Shown here: positions 38,346-48,227 of the stretch, piece by piece
Position numbering within the stretch: position 1 is the first letter of the stretch
Layout of the letters: every line of letters begins with the position of its first letter
DNA from: Actinocrinis sp.
GTDB taxonomy: Bacteria > Actinomycetota > Actinomycetes > Streptomycetales > Catenulisporaceae
Length of the DNA: 64,000 bases
NCBI RefSeq assembly: GCF_035650855.1
Contig: NZ_DASRGV010000061.1
Coordinates: forward strand, 299-64,298
Direction of reading: 5' to 3'
Translations under genes and position numbers: made by a program
The notes under the pieces: generated by a model
Seen by the model: only the letters and a program-made list of their open reading frames with translations
Databases searched by the model: none
What the model was told of the DNA's origin: nothing

Positions 38346-39929
38346 ATGCGAGCACGACGACGCGCGGCGGCAGTGATCCTGGCGGCCGCGCCGCTTGCTC
38401 TGGGGCCGACCGCAGCCTGGGCACACACCGGCTCGGGCCTGGTGCAGGCCTCATCCGGGGATCCGACCGCCGCGTGCACCGCCGGGGCCGAAAGCGGCAC
38501 CAACTTCCCGAACACCGAGGTGGAGCCCTACATCGCGGTCAACCCCTGGAACGCGCACCAGGCCATCGGAGTCTTCCAGCAGGACCGGTGGACCGACGGC
38601 GGCGCGCACGCCGGCGGCGTGGTGTGGACCCGCGACGGCGTGCACTACGCGGAGGGGCTGCTGCCCTTCGGCACCTGCGGCGCGCCCGGCGGCACGAACT
38701 ACGAGCGCGTCTCAGACCTCTGGGTCAGCTTCGGCCCGGACGGCGCCGCGTACTCCAGCGGCCTGGAGTTCGACGACGCCGACAACCGCAACGGCCTGGG
38801 CGCCGCGACCTCCTTCGACGGCGGGCGCACCTGGAAGTTCGCCCAGCCGGTGATCGCCGACGACGACACGGCGCACTTCAACGACAAGAACTCGGTCACC
38901 GCCGATCCGCGCCGGCCCGGAACGGCGTACCAGGTCTGGGATCGGCTCGACCAGCCCTTCGACGCGAGCGGCCACGCGATCTCCTTCGACGGGCCCGCCT
39001 ACATCTCGATCACGCACGACCACGGCCGCACCTGGTCCGCGCCCCGGGTGCTGGTGAACACCTCGGTCACACCGAACATGCAGACGATCGGCAACATCAT
39101 CGTGGCCGACGGCCGCTCCGGGCGCCTGTACGACTTCTTCGATCAGATCACGTACACCGATCCGAACACCGACGGCGTGATCGACGCGCACTACGCCTTC
39201 ATCACCTCCACCGACGGCGGCCGCACCTGGTCCGCGCCGTCCAGGATCACCGCGGACACCTCGGTCGGCGACGTCGACCCGAACGACCCGACGAAGTTCC
39301 TGCGCACCGGCTCCGGCCTGCCGAACGTGGCGATCGACCCGGTGACCGGCGAGCTCTACCTGGCCTTCGAGGGCACCACCTTCACCGGCGGCGCGACCGA
39401 CCAGGTGGAACTGGTGCACTCGAGCGACCACGGCCGCTCCTGGTCCGCTCCCGTCCGCATCAGCCACGGACCGCAGGCTCCCTCGTACACGCCGTCGATC
39501 GCGGTGGACCCGGCCGGGACCGTGAGCGTCACGTACTACGACGTGCGTGACTTGAAGCCCGGCAACACCACCACGCTGCCGACCTCCACGTGGCTCTACT
39601 CCTTCCCGCGCGGCCACCAGCACGACGCGGTCGAGCGCCGCATCGCGCCCGACTTCGACTGGCTGCTCGCGCCGAGCGCCGGCGGACATTTCCTCGGCGA
39701 CTACGAGGGCCTGGCCGCCGCCGGGTTCGACGCGGTGCGGCCGTTCTTCTCCACGACGCTGAACGCGCCGCAGACCAACGTGTTCAGCGGCACCTTCGAG
39801 ACGCCCCTCGGCGACCCGTTCGCACTCAGCCAGCCGAACCCGGGGACCGCGACGCCGCACACAGCGGGACCGCCCAGTCCCGCGCAGCGCATCGCGGCGC
39901 ACCTCGCGGAGCGCAAGACCGCGCACTGA
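38346..39929 (+). CDS. Secreted Asp-box (BNR) beta-propeller protein, sialidase-like
   Basis: Signal peptide; SFDGGRTW, THDHGRTWS, STDGGRTWS and SSDHGRSWS Asp-boxes; FLGDYEGL. Substrate unknown. Confidence 0.85.
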   Translation: MRARRRAAAVILAAAPLALGPTAAWAHTGSGLVQASSGDPTAACTAGAESGTNFPNTEVEPYIAVNPWNAHQAIGVFQQDRWTDGGAHAGGVVWTRDGVHYAEGLLPFGTCGAPGGTNYERVSDLWVSFGPDGAAYSSGLEFDDADNRNGLGAATSFDGGRTWKFAQPVIADDDTAHFNDKNSVTADPRRPGTAYQVWDRLDQPFDASGHAISFDGPAYISITHDHGRTWSAPRVLVNTSVTPNMQTIGNIIVADGRSGRLYDFFDQITYTDPNTDGVIDAHYAFITSTDGGRTWSAPSRITADTSVGDVDPNDPTKFLRTGSGLPNVAIDPVTGELYLAFEGTTFTGGATDQVELVHSSDHGRSWSAPVRISHGPQAPSYTPSIAVDPAGTVSVTYYDVRDLKPGNTTTLPTSTWLYSFPRGHQHDAVERRIAPDFDWLLAPSAGGHFLGDYEGLAAAGFDAVRPFFSTTLNAPQTNVFSGTFETPLGDPFALSQPNPGTATPHTAGPPSPAQRIAAHLAERKTAH

Positions 39930-39994
39930 CGTCATCTTTATGTCGGGCACGGTGCACTAGCCGGAGAGGACCACCGATTTCCGGGAAGGCCACC

Positions 39995-40744
39995 GTGCCC
40001 GACTACGACGAACACGATCCGTACGGCGAGACGCGCGCCGCTCCCGGCGAGCCGGACGGCGCCGGCTCCGTCGACCCCTTCGACGCCTTCCGAGCGCGGC
40101 GGGCGCAGGAACGCGCGGAGCAGGAGCCGTTCCCCGAGCAGCTCGCGAGCGAATCCGCCGGGCCGATCCGACCGGGCGCGGAAACGTATGGCGGCGCCTA
40201 CTTCCCGCCGGAGCCTCCGCTGCCATACCAGGAGTACAACCAAGTCGTGCCGCCGATGCCGTTCGACGAGGCGGCCTCACGCGCGCCGCGTCGCCGGCTG
40301 CGTTCGGCGATCGTGTTCGGCGGCGTCGCGGCGCTCGTCATCGGCGTGGGCGCGGGCGTGTGGGCGGTGACCGGTTCGTCCGGAGGCTCACCGGCGGCCG
40401 CGGCCGGGACGCCGTCGGCGAGCGCCCCCGCCTCGCCCGGACCGAAGGCGGCGAAAGCCGGCAAGGCCGTCAACGCGCGTCTCACGGTCACCTCCGTCGG
40501 CTCCGACTCCTTCACCGCAACGACCGCGCGAGGCGAGACAGTAGTCGTACACATCACCTCCGAGACGCGGTTCGGCACCGCCGCGCGCCCTTTCACGCGC
40601 GCCCAGCTCGTGCCGGGCGCGAAGGTCGTCGCGCGGCTGCGTAAGGACCCTGACGGGGCCGTAGCCGCCACCGTGATCGCGTCCGAGATCCCGAAACCGA
40701 ACGACCAGGAGACCGGCACCGCGTCACCTGCCGCAGGGGCCTAA
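39995..40744 (+). CDS. Single-pass membrane protein with a C-terminal DUF5666-like beta domain
   Basis: GTG with GGAAGG RBS; Pro/Glu-rich N-terminus, RRRLR plus TM helix, linker, VTSVGSDSFT...VHITSETRF...LVPGAKV. Confidence 0.65.
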   Translation: MPDYDEHDPYGETRAAPGEPDGAGSVDPFDAFRARRAQERAEQEPFPEQLASESAGPIRPGAETYGGAYFPPEPPLPYQEYNQVVPPMPFDEAASRAPRRRLRSAIVFGGVAALVIGVGAGVWAVTGSSGGSPAAAAGTPSASAPASPGPKAAKAGKAVNARLTVTSVGSDSFTATTARGETVVVHITSETRFGTAARPFTRAQLVPGAKVVARLRKDPDGAVAATVIASEIPKPNDQETGTASPAAGA

Positions 40745-40776
40745 CCGCAGGCCGAGAACCCATCCCAGGCCTGTCG

Positions 40777-40819
40777 CCGAGACGCTGTCGAGGCGTCATC
40801 GAGGAGCTGTCAGCACAGT
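40777..40819 (+). promoter_or_regulatory. SARP-type promoter of the C-domain gene
   Basis: CCGAGAC (40777), TCGAGGC (40788), TCGAGGA (40799) in 11-bp phase; 8 bp; -10 CACAGT (40814-40819); the ATG at 40826 sits at the predicted +1. Confidence 0.75.
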
Positions 40820-40825
40820 GGTCGG

Positions 40826-42070
40826 ATGGGTAGTGCTTGGCCGCCGGTCCAAACGGTGCTCGAGATCAGCGGATTCGCGGACGTCGCAGCGTTGCAGCGG
40901 GCCGTTGACACCGTGTTCCGGGCGCACCCCCACCTCCTGCGCGGATTCGGCCGTACCGCGCACGGCAGCCTGATATCCGTCGAGCGACGTGACGCGGTAC
41001 CGCGGCTGCGCGCGGTGGACTTGCGCGAATACCCGGCGGGGCATCGGGAAGCCGCGGCATCGCGGCTCGAGGAGCACGAACGCTGCGAAGAGTTCGCCCT
41101 CGGCGCGCCGCCGCTTGTCAGGCTCCTGTTGATTCGCACCGGCGATCGGGAGCGGCGCTTGGCCGTGACGAGTCATCGCCTGCTCCTTGACGACTGGTCT
41201 CACGCGGCCTTGATTCGCGCCGTGCTCGCCGCGTTCCGCGCGGGCTGGGGCAATGAGGGCACGGATCGCGGCACCGCTCGGCAGTGCACGCTCGACGGCC
41301 GGACCGCCGAGCCCGCCAGGACCACGCTCCGCGCCGCGGATCAGCGCCTGGAAACGGACGCGCACCGCGGTTTCGATCTCGCTGCCCCGTGCGGCACCGA
41401 GGACCCGGTTCGGTTGACCCGCGAACTGCCGCGCGAGCTGACAAGGCGTATTGAGCTGCGTGCGGCCGAGTTGGGGGTCGCCGCGGAAAGCGTCGTGCAC
41501 GCCGCGTGGGCGTTCGCGTTGAGCCGATTGACGGGACGCCGGGACGTCGTCTTCGGGGCGACGGTGACCGTGCCGCGAACCGGTTCGTCGCACGATCCCA
41601 CGGCGCTCGATGTGACGCGCGCGATCCTGCCCGCGACGGTTCGCGTGGAAGCCGAGGGATCGCCCGGCGACCTGCTGCGCGCCGCATCACGGCACACCAT
41701 CGACAGCGCTCCACGCCGGCGCGGCGACCGGACCGATCCGTGCTGGGACGCCGAACGGCGCGCATCTGACACTGTCGCGGTACTCGAACCCGAGCCGATC
41801 GGACCGGTCATGCCACGGCTCGGTATCCGCATCAGTACGTTGAGTATGTTTGATGCGAAGCCCTTCCCGTTGAGCTTCTCGATCGTGCCCGGTCCGTCGT
41901 GGATCGCGCGAGTGGACTTCCAGCCCGCCGCGCTGCCGGCGCGCGTCGCGCGATCCGGACTCGGCCACGCGGTGGCATTCCTGGAAGCGGCCGCCTATGC
42001 GCCTGATTGCCGGTTGGACCGGATCGACGACCGTCGAGCCGTCGGGGTCCGATCGGCGCGCGCCGCGTAG
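40826..42070 (+). CDS. Stand-alone NRPS condensation-like domain with a degenerate active site
   Basis: DVAALQRAV..VFRAHPHL, FALGAPPLVRLLL, SHRLLLDDWS (canonical HHxxxDGWS), AAWAFALSRLTGRRDVVFGATV; atypical codon usage. Confidence 0.75.
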   Translation: MGSAWPPVQTVLEISGFADVAALQRAVDTVFRAHPHLLRGFGRTAHGSLISVERRDAVPRLRAVDLREYPAGHREAAASRLEEHERCEEFALGAPPLVRLLLIRTGDRERRLAVTSHRLLLDDWSHAALIRAVLAAFRAGWGNEGTDRGTARQCTLDGRTAEPARTTLRAADQRLETDAHRGFDLAAPCGTEDPVRLTRELPRELTRRIELRAAELGVAAESVVHAAWAFALSRLTGRRDVVFGATVTVPRTGSSHDPTALDVTRAILPATVRVEAEGSPGDLLRAASRHTIDSAPRRRGDRTDPCWDAERRASDTVAVLEPEPIGPVMPRLGIRISTLSMFDAKPFPLSFSIVPGPSWIARVDFQPAALPARVARSGLGHAVAFLEAAAYAPDCRLDRIDDRRAVGVRSARAA

Positions 42071-42292
42071 CGCCGCCAGGCTTTGCTCAGTCCTGCTTGG
42101 CGCTGTGGTGAGCCGTTCGCCCGGCCGCGCCGCCTTCAGGCTCCAAGTGCAGGGCGTGCATCGTGAATTCGAGCGGGATCCGCCCTATCGCCATGGCTGA
42201 GCCAACGGCGCCGAGACCGTACGCGATCCAGCGCCAGGTGAGGCTTTTCACCGTTTGAGGTACTCCGACGGAAGTCATGCGCACACTGTGCG

Positions 42293-43429
42293 TCAGGCCG
42301 CTTGAGCCGGAGTCAGATCCGGCTGCACGAGCGGCGGGTAGTCGATATAGCCGGCCGCGCCGCCTTGGTAGAAGCTCGTCGGATCAGGCTCGTTATACGG
42401 ACCGCCGGCCGCGATACGCGCCGGGAGGTCGGGATTGGCGAGAAACAGCGTGCCGAGGCAGACGGCGTCCGCCATGCCGCAGGAGAGCGCCTGGCACGCC
42501 TGCTCGACCGTGGCCGCTCCGGCCTCGGGGCCGCCTGGATGGGGATTGAGGATCAGCGGGCCGCGCCACAGTTCGCGCAGCCGCTGGGTCAGCGGTCGGT
42601 CGCCGACCTCCCGTACGTGCAGATACGCCAGGTCCGAGGGCAGCGATCGCACCAGTTCCGGGTACAAGACGTCGTCATCGTCGGGCTCCATGCCGAACGC
42701 GGCGTTCCACGGCGCGATCCGGATCCCGACCCGCTGCGGTCCGAGCGCGCCGGCCGCCGCTTCGAGCGCCTCAAGCGCGAATCGGATCCGGTTGGCGACG
42801 CTCCCGCCGTAGCGGTCAGAGCGCTGGTTCGCGGCGGAGTCCAGGAATTGATTGACCAGGTAGCCGTTTCCCGCGTGCAGCTCGATACCGTCGAAACCCG
42901 CGTGCGCCGCCGCCTGCGCGGCATGGGCGAAGGAACCGATCGCGGCCTGGATTTGCCGGCCGGTGAGCGGGCGTGGAACAGGACACGGCACCATACCGCT
43001 CGCGGTGAACGTCTTCGCGCGTGCCGCGATCCGCGAGGGCGCCACCGGTGCGCCCCCGTCTGGTTGCAGATCGTGGTGGCTCACCCTCCCGGCGTGTACG
43101 AGCTGCGCGAATATGCGTCCACCTCGGGCGTGTACGACATCAGTAACCTGCCGCCACGATGCAATGTGCGCATCGGTGTGCAGACCGGGAGTTTTGATCG
43201 CGCTCTTGCCTTGCGCGGATACATAAGCACTCTCACTCACGATGAGGCCGGCGGCGGCACGCTGGCTGTAGTGCTCGGCCATCAGCGCGTTCGCCGTGCC
43301 GTCCGCGTTCGCGCGGCTCCGGGTGAGTGGCGCCATGACCAGTCGGTTGGCCAGCTTCAAATCGCCTATCGTCACCTCGTCGAACAGCGCGCTCGTATTC
43401 AACGTCTCAGGGGATTGAAACAGAGTCAT
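42293..43429 (-). CDS. Old-yellow-enzyme family alkene reductase (NemA-like)
   Basis: NRLVMAPLTRSR, QLVHAGRVSH, GFDGIELHAGNGYLVNQFL and RSDRYGGS..NR.RF motifs. Confidence 0.93.
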   Translation of the reverse strand: MTLFQSPETLNTSALFDEVTIGDLKLANRLVMAPLTRSRANADGTANALMAEHYSQRAAAGLIVSESAYVSAQGKSAIKTPGLHTDAHIASWRQVTDVVHARGGRIFAQLVHAGRVSHHDLQPDGGAPVAPSRIAARAKTFTASGMVPCPVPRPLTGRQIQAAIGSFAHAAQAAAHAGFDGIELHAGNGYLVNQFLDSAANQRSDRYGGSVANRIRFALEALEAAAGALGPQRVGIRIAPWNAAFGMEPDDDDVLYPELVRSLPSDLAYLHVREVGDRPLTQRLRELWRGPLILNPHPGGPEAGAATVEQACQALSCGMADAVCLGTLFLANPDLPARIAAGGPYNEPDPTSFYQGGAAGYIDYPPLVQPDLTPAQAA

Positions 43430-43959
43430 CAGAGCGCTGCCGCGTCGGCCAGCACCTGATCGACGAGCGCGGCGAACTTCGCCAGGGTCTCACCGGGGCT
43501 GGGACCATCCAGCGCCGCGCGCATCGACGCGGCCCATTCGCCGTGCTTGTGGAGCTTCTCGTGCGACAGCTCGACGATGCAGCGGTGCGGACCGTCCGGG
43601 GTGAAGGACACCACGATCTCGCTGGCCCTTTCGTCGTCCTCGATCGGCCGCCAGCGCCCGTCGATCCGCCAGGACAGCGCGATCCGAACCGGCGGCTCCC
43701 AGGCCAGGACCCGGCCCCAGTCGGCGACGACGCCGTCCGCGTCCTCCTCGTACCACCGGCCGCCCGGCCGCTTCTCGAACTCGATCCGGATCCGCCGGCC
43801 GGGCACCAGCTTGTGGTTGGCCGGCCACCAGCCGAGGGGGCGATCGGCGAAGATCTCGAACGCGCGCTCGGCGCGGACCGGAACCGTCACATGCTTGCGC
43901 ACCGGTGGAACCGACGCCGCGTCGGCGTCCGGCTCCGCCTGCCAGGACGAGGTGGACAA
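43429..43959 (-). CDS. SRPBCC/AHSA1-family protein
   Basis: TTG start with GGGAGG RBS; AFEIFA...WWP, GGRWYE, WGRVLAWEPP.RI.LSW; its stop overlaps the OYE start (TGATG). Confidence 0.88.
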   Translation of the reverse strand: MSTSSWQAEPDADAASVPPVRKHVTVPVRAERAFEIFADRPLGWWPANHKLVPGRRIRIEFEKRPGGRWYEEDADGVVADWGRVLAWEPPVRIALSWRIDGRWRPIEDDERASEIVVSFTPDGPHRCIVELSHEKLHKHGEWAASMRAALDGPSPGETLAKFAALVDQVLADAAAL

Positions 43960-43994
43960 GGGAACCTCCCGGATCGGCGGTACAGGGCGCCGCG

Positions 43995-44153
43995 ATGCTC
44001 CCGCGCCGAACTCGCCGCGCGGTGGAGCCGGGATGGAGTGCGCCGCCGCTCCGGACGCCTGATCGACCCGCGGCGCCCGGGATGCCGCGCCCGCCGCGGT
44101 CGATCCGCTCTCCGGCGCGGCTGCACCGTGCGTCGAGCCGATCCGCGCACGCT
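43995..44153. promoter_or_regulatory. Divergent promoter region with SARP-like phased heptamers on both strands
   Basis: Plus: TCGATCC (44100) and TCGAGCC (44133, 33 bp apart), 8 bp, CACGCT (44148). Minus (weaker): TCCATCC (44037), TCCACCG (44026), GCGAGTT (44015), 8 bp, GAGCAT (44000-43995). Confidence 0.55.
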
Positions 44154-44186
44154 GCCGGCACCGAACCGTCGATCCGGGGAGCGCTG

Positions 44187-45332
44187 GTGAGAATCGAAGA
44201 CGTCTACATCCGAGGCACGGGCGTGCGATTGCCCGCGCGGCTGATGGTGCAGGACGCCGTCGCTTCAGGCGAGTGCGATCCGCAGCTGGTCGCGCGTACG
44301 GGAGCCGTCTCGGTCTGCATCTCGGCCGACGAGTCGGCAGCTGAGATGGCGGTCTGCGCGGCCCGTGACGCGCTGCGCCGCGCCGGATCAGCCCCCGACG
44401 ACATCGAGCTCATCCTGCACGCCGACACCTACCACCAGGGCCAAGACCTGTGGCCGGTGGCCTCCTACATCCAGCGCGAGACCGTGCGCAATCAGTGCCT
44501 CGCGGTCGAGATCCGGCAGATGTCCAACGGCGGCCTGGCGGCGCTCGACCTGGCTTGCGCCTACCTTCGCCGGGCCGAACACCGGGCGGATGCGCTCTTG
44601 ACCGCCGCCGACAGGTTCTGCCCTCCGGGGATCGACCGCTGGCGCACCGATCCGGGCACGCCGTACGCGGACGGCGCCGCGGCCTTGGTCCTCTCCCGGC
44701 GCGGCGGCTTCGCCCGGCTGCTTTCGGTGGCGGTCACCGCGGACTCGGAACTCGAGGAGATGCACCGCGGCGAGGAGCCGTTCAGCCCGGCTCCGCTGAG
44801 CATCCGCACTCCCGTGGACTTCGCCGCCGCCAAGCGCTTCTTCACCAGCCGCTACGGCCTCTCCTTCGCGATCGGACGCACCACGGCCGGTCAGCGCGCC
44901 GTCGTCAAGGAGGCGCTGGCCGACGCGGAGCTCGAACTCGAGGAGGCGCAGTGGATCATCTTGCCGCACTTCGGCCGGCGCCGGATCGAATCCATCTACC
45001 TCCACCAGTACGGCATCCCCATCGAACGCACCACCTGGGAGTGGAGTCGCACCGTCGGCCATCTCGGCGCCGCCGACCAGTTCGCCGGCCTCGACCATCT
45101 GGTGTCCACCGGGGCGGCCCGGCCCGGCGATCACTGTGTCCTGATCTCGGTCGGCGCCGGATACAGCTGGGGCGCCGCCGTCGTGCAGATCACCGAGCAG
45201 CCCGCCTGGAGCGCGCAGCGCGCGGGCTTCGCCGCGGACGCCGCGGATGGAACGGCACCTCGAACAGAACCGGGCCGCGCTGAAGCAGCGTGCTTGGCCG
45301 ACGGCCCCACCCAGAGAAAGGACCAGCCTTGA
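44187..45332 (+). CDS. Ketoacyl-ACP synthase III-like enzyme with Ser at the nucleophile position
   Basis: VYIRGTGVRLP, ELILHADTYHQG..LWP.ASYI, EIRQMSNGG (Ser where FabH has Cys), DRWRTDPG..Y.DG.AALVLS, LPHFG and GHLGAADQ. Confidence 0.88.
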   Translation: MRIEDVYIRGTGVRLPARLMVQDAVASGECDPQLVARTGAVSVCISADESAAEMAVCAARDALRRAGSAPDDIELILHADTYHQGQDLWPVASYIQRETVRNQCLAVEIRQMSNGGLAALDLACAYLRRAEHRADALLTAADRFCPPGIDRWRTDPGTPYADGAAALVLSRRGGFARLLSVAVTADSELEEMHRGEEPFSPAPLSIRTPVDFAAAKRFFTSRYGLSFAIGRTTAGQRAVVKEALADAELELEEAQWIILPHFGRRRIESIYLHQYGIPIERTTWEWSRTVGHLGAADQFAGLDHLVSTGAARPGDHCVLISVGAGYSWGAAVVQITEQPAWSAQRAGFAADAADGTAPRTEPGRAEAACLADGPTQRKDQP

Positions 45333-46537
45333 CCGAGACGGCATCTGAGACCGCGCTGTTCCCCTGGTTCCGCGGCTGCCCGATGAAGGCGCCCGAGCAG
45401 TACGCCACGCTGCGCGAGAGCGAGCCGGTGGCCCGGGTGAAGCTGGCGACCGGGCGCGAGGCGTGGGTCGTCACCTCCTACGAGTACGTCAAGCAGGTAC
45501 TCACCGACCCGCGCTCCAGCTCGGACCGCGCCCACGAGGGCTTCCCGTACTACATTCCGATCCCCGAGCAGTTCAAGACCGACTGCTCCTTCATCGGCTG
45601 GGACCCGCCCAAGCACACCCTGCACCGGCGCATGGCCGCGCTGTCCGGCGAGTTCACCAAGAAGCGGGTGCTGGACATGCGCCCGCGGATGCAGGAGATC
45701 GTCGACGAGTGCATCGACACGATGATCGCCAAGGGCTCGCCCGCCGACCTGGTGCACGAGGTCGCGCTGAAGGTCCCGCTGACCATCGTCTGCGGCATCC
45801 TCGGGGTGCCGAACGAGGACCAGGCGACCCTGCACTCCTTCACCGAGGTGCTGTTCGGCGGCGGCAGTACCGCCGAGGACCGCGAGCGGGCGATCACCGG
45901 GTTCGGCCAGTACCTGCAGAAACTGGTAGAGCGCAAGGAGCAGGAGCCCGGCGACGACCTGATCAGCCGGATGATCGCCAAGTATCGCGCCGAGGGGATC
46001 TACGACCGCAGAGAGATGTGCAACGTCACGCGCCTGCTGCTCAACGGCGGCCACGAAACCAGTGCCGCGATGATCGCGCTCAGCACCATGACGCTGCTTG
46101 AACACCCCGACCAGCTGGAGCGGATCAAGGCGGACCCGTCGCTCGTCCCGGCCGCGGTCGAGGAGCTGTTGCGCTACCTCTCCCCGGGCGACCTGGCCAC
46201 GTCCCGGGTCGCACTGGAGGACATGCAGATCGGCGACGTCACCGTGCGCAAGGGCGAGGGCATCATCGTGCTCGGCATGGCCGCCAACCGGGACCCCGCC
46301 GTGTTCGACGAGCCCGACACCCTCGACATCGACCGGGAGTCGCGCAACCACGTCGCGTTCGGGCACGGCATTCACCACTGCATCGGCGCGGAGATCGCGC
46401 GGGTGGAGCTCGCCATCGTCATCAGCACCCTGTTCCGGCGGCTGCCGAACCTGCGGCTGGCCAAGCCGTGGAACGAGCTGCGCTACAAGGACGGCAACGT
46501 CATGTACGGCGTCTACGAGATGCCGGTCGCCTGGTAA
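45329..46537 (+). CDS. Cytochrome P450 (CYP105-like)
   Basis: TTG start overlaps the KSIII stop, GAAAGGA RBS; GGHETS (I helix), EELLR, ANRDP and AFGHGIHHCIG heme motif. Confidence 0.96.
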   Translation: MTETASETALFPWFRGCPMKAPEQYATLRESEPVARVKLATGREAWVVTSYEYVKQVLTDPRSSSDRAHEGFPYYIPIPEQFKTDCSFIGWDPPKHTLHRRMAALSGEFTKKRVLDMRPRMQEIVDECIDTMIAKGSPADLVHEVALKVPLTIVCGILGVPNEDQATLHSFTEVLFGGGSTAEDRERAITGFGQYLQKLVERKEQEPGDDLISRMIAKYRAEGIYDRREMCNVTRLLLNGGHETSAAMIALSTMTLLEHPDQLERIKADPSLVPAAVEELLRYLSPGDLATSRVALEDMQIGDVTVRKGEGIIVLGMAANRDPAVFDEPDTLDIDRESRNHVAFGHGIHHCIGAEIARVELAIVISTLFRRLPNLRLAKPWNELRYKDGNVMYGVYEMPVAW

Positions 46538-46605
46538 CGCGGCGCGCTGACCGCGGCCGCACTGCCGCTCGGACCCGGACGGTGACTCGGCCGAGGCCGC
46601 ACCAG

Positions 46606-46630
46606 GCCGGCGGGGCTCGAACCCGCCGGC
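46606..46630 (+). terminator. Hairpin between the P450 and ferredoxin genes
   Basis: GCCGGCGGG-GCTCGAA-CCCGCCGGC. Confidence 0.5.
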
Positions 46631-46678
46631 GAAGTTCTCGGACCCGACCGCCGCGTCGGCGAAGCTCCCGGAGGTCTG

Positions 46679-46999
46679 ATGGCCACGATCACCTACCGCC
46701 ACCCGGACGGGACCACGACCGTGCTGGACGTGCCCTCCGGAAGCAATGTCATGCGCGGCGCCCTCGCCAACGGCGTGGAGGGCATCGAGGGCGAGTGCGG
46801 TGGCGACGGCATCTGCGCCACCTGCCACGTGTACGTCGAGCACTGCCCGATCGCCTTCCCGCCGGCCGACGAGAACGAAGACGAGCTGCTCGACTGCACC
46901 GCCAGTCCGCGCCGCGACAACAGCAGGCTCTCCTGCCAGCTGCCGATCACCGACGAACTGAGCACCCTGGTGGTGCTCCTCCCGGAAAAGCAGGTTTGA
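46679..46999 (+). CDS. 2Fe-2S ferredoxin (putidaredoxin-type)
   Basis: ECGGDGICATCHV...RLSCQ. Confidence 0.95.
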   Translation: MATITYRHPDGTTTVLDVPSGSNVMRGALANGVEGIEGECGGDGICATCHVYVEHCPIAFPPADENEDELLDCTASPRRDNSRLSCQLPITDELSTLVVLLPEKQV

Positions 47000-47002
47000 C
47001 AC

Positions 47003-48199
47003 ATGGCCGGAACGCCGATCGTCATCGTCGGCGCGGGGCAGGGCGGCATGCAGGTCGCGGCCTCGCTGCGGGAGGCGGGCTTCGACGGTCCGCTCACCCT
47101 CGTCGGGGCCGAGCCGCACCCGCCCTACGACCGCCCGCCGCTGTCCAAGCGGTACCTCAACGGAGAGGCCGACGCGGCTGCCCTCGCCCTGCGCACGCCG
47201 GAGTTCTACCAGACCCAGAACATCGATCTTCGAACCGGCACGCGGGCCGTCGGGATCGACCGGGCGCACAGGGTCGTCGTGCTCGACTCGGGCGCCGCTC
47301 TGCTCTACGAGCGGTTGGTCCTGGCCACCGGCAGCATCCCGCGGTGCCTGCCGGTGCCCGGCGCCGACCACTCCGACGTGCTGGTGCTGCGCACCCTCGC
47401 CGAGGCCCGCAGCCTGCGCGACCGGCTGGCCGAGCCGCGGCGGGTCGCGGTGATCGGCGCGGGCTTCACCGGCCTCGAAGTCGCGGCCGCCGCGCGCACG
47501 GCAGGCCACGAGGTGACCGTCATCGAGGCGCTCGACCGGGTTCTGGCCCGCGCGGTCTCGGCGCCGGTCTCCCGCCACGTGACCCGGCTGCACCGCGGCC
47601 GCGGCGTCAGCATCCTGTTCGGCAGGCGGGTCGAGGCGATCGAGGGCGACCCGGACGGGCCGCTGCGCGGCGTGCGGCTGGCCGGCGGCGAGAACGTGCC
47701 CGCGGACCTGGTCGTGGTCGGCATCGGCGTGCTGCCGGACACCGCGCTGGCCGAATCGGCCGGGCTCGCCGTGGCCGACGGCGTCGTGGTCGACGAATAC
47801 CTGCGCACCAGCGACCCCGCAATCCACGCGATCGGCGACTGCGCCCTGTTCCCCAGCCCATACGCCGCCGACCCGCTGCGGCTGGAATCGGTGCAGAACG
47901 CGGTCGACCAGGCCAAGTGCGTGGCCCAGTACATCGCAGGCGACGGCCTGGCCGCTCAGCCGTATCGCGCGGTCCCGTGGTTCTGGACCGATCAGTACTC
48001 GGACAAGATTCAGATCGCCGGGATCACTACGGGACACGACCGGGTCGAGGTGCTCGGCGAGCAGGAGCAGGGCCGGTTCTCCGTGTCCTGCTTCCGCGGA
48101 GACCGACTGGTCGGCGTCGAATCGATCAACCGGCCGGCCGAACATATCAAGGCTCGTAGGCAGCTGGCCGCCACGGGCGACCTGGCCGGCGCGCGCTGA
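47003..48199 (+). CDS. FAD/NAD ferredoxin reductase (putidaredoxin reductase-like)
   Basis: IVGAGQGG, PYDRPPLSK, VIGAGFTGLE, IHAIGDCA, RLESVQNA and PWFWTDQY motifs. Confidence 0.95.
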   Translation: MAGTPIVIVGAGQGGMQVAASLREAGFDGPLTLVGAEPHPPYDRPPLSKRYLNGEADAAALALRTPEFYQTQNIDLRTGTRAVGIDRAHRVVVLDSGAALLYERLVLATGSIPRCLPVPGADHSDVLVLRTLAEARSLRDRLAEPRRVAVIGAGFTGLEVAAAARTAGHEVTVIEALDRVLARAVSAPVSRHVTRLHRGRGVSILFGRRVEAIEGDPDGPLRGVRLAGGENVPADLVVVGIGVLPDTALAESAGLAVADGVVVDEYLRTSDPAIHAIGDCALFPSPYAADPLRLESVQNAVDQAKCVAQYIAGDGLAAQPYRAVPWFWTDQYSDKIQIAGITTGHDRVEVLGEQEQGRFSVSCFRGDRLVGVESINRPAEHIKARRQLAATGDLAGAR

Positions 48200-48227
48200 G
48201 CCGGCCTCGACAGGACGAGGAGACGAC

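Noticed and set aside
42087-42284. 65-aa ORF downstream of OYE as a second RiPP precursor or membrane peptide
   Set aside because: No RBS, no Cys, no leader similarity and poor codon bias; cannot be supported without conservation or Ribo-seq data.
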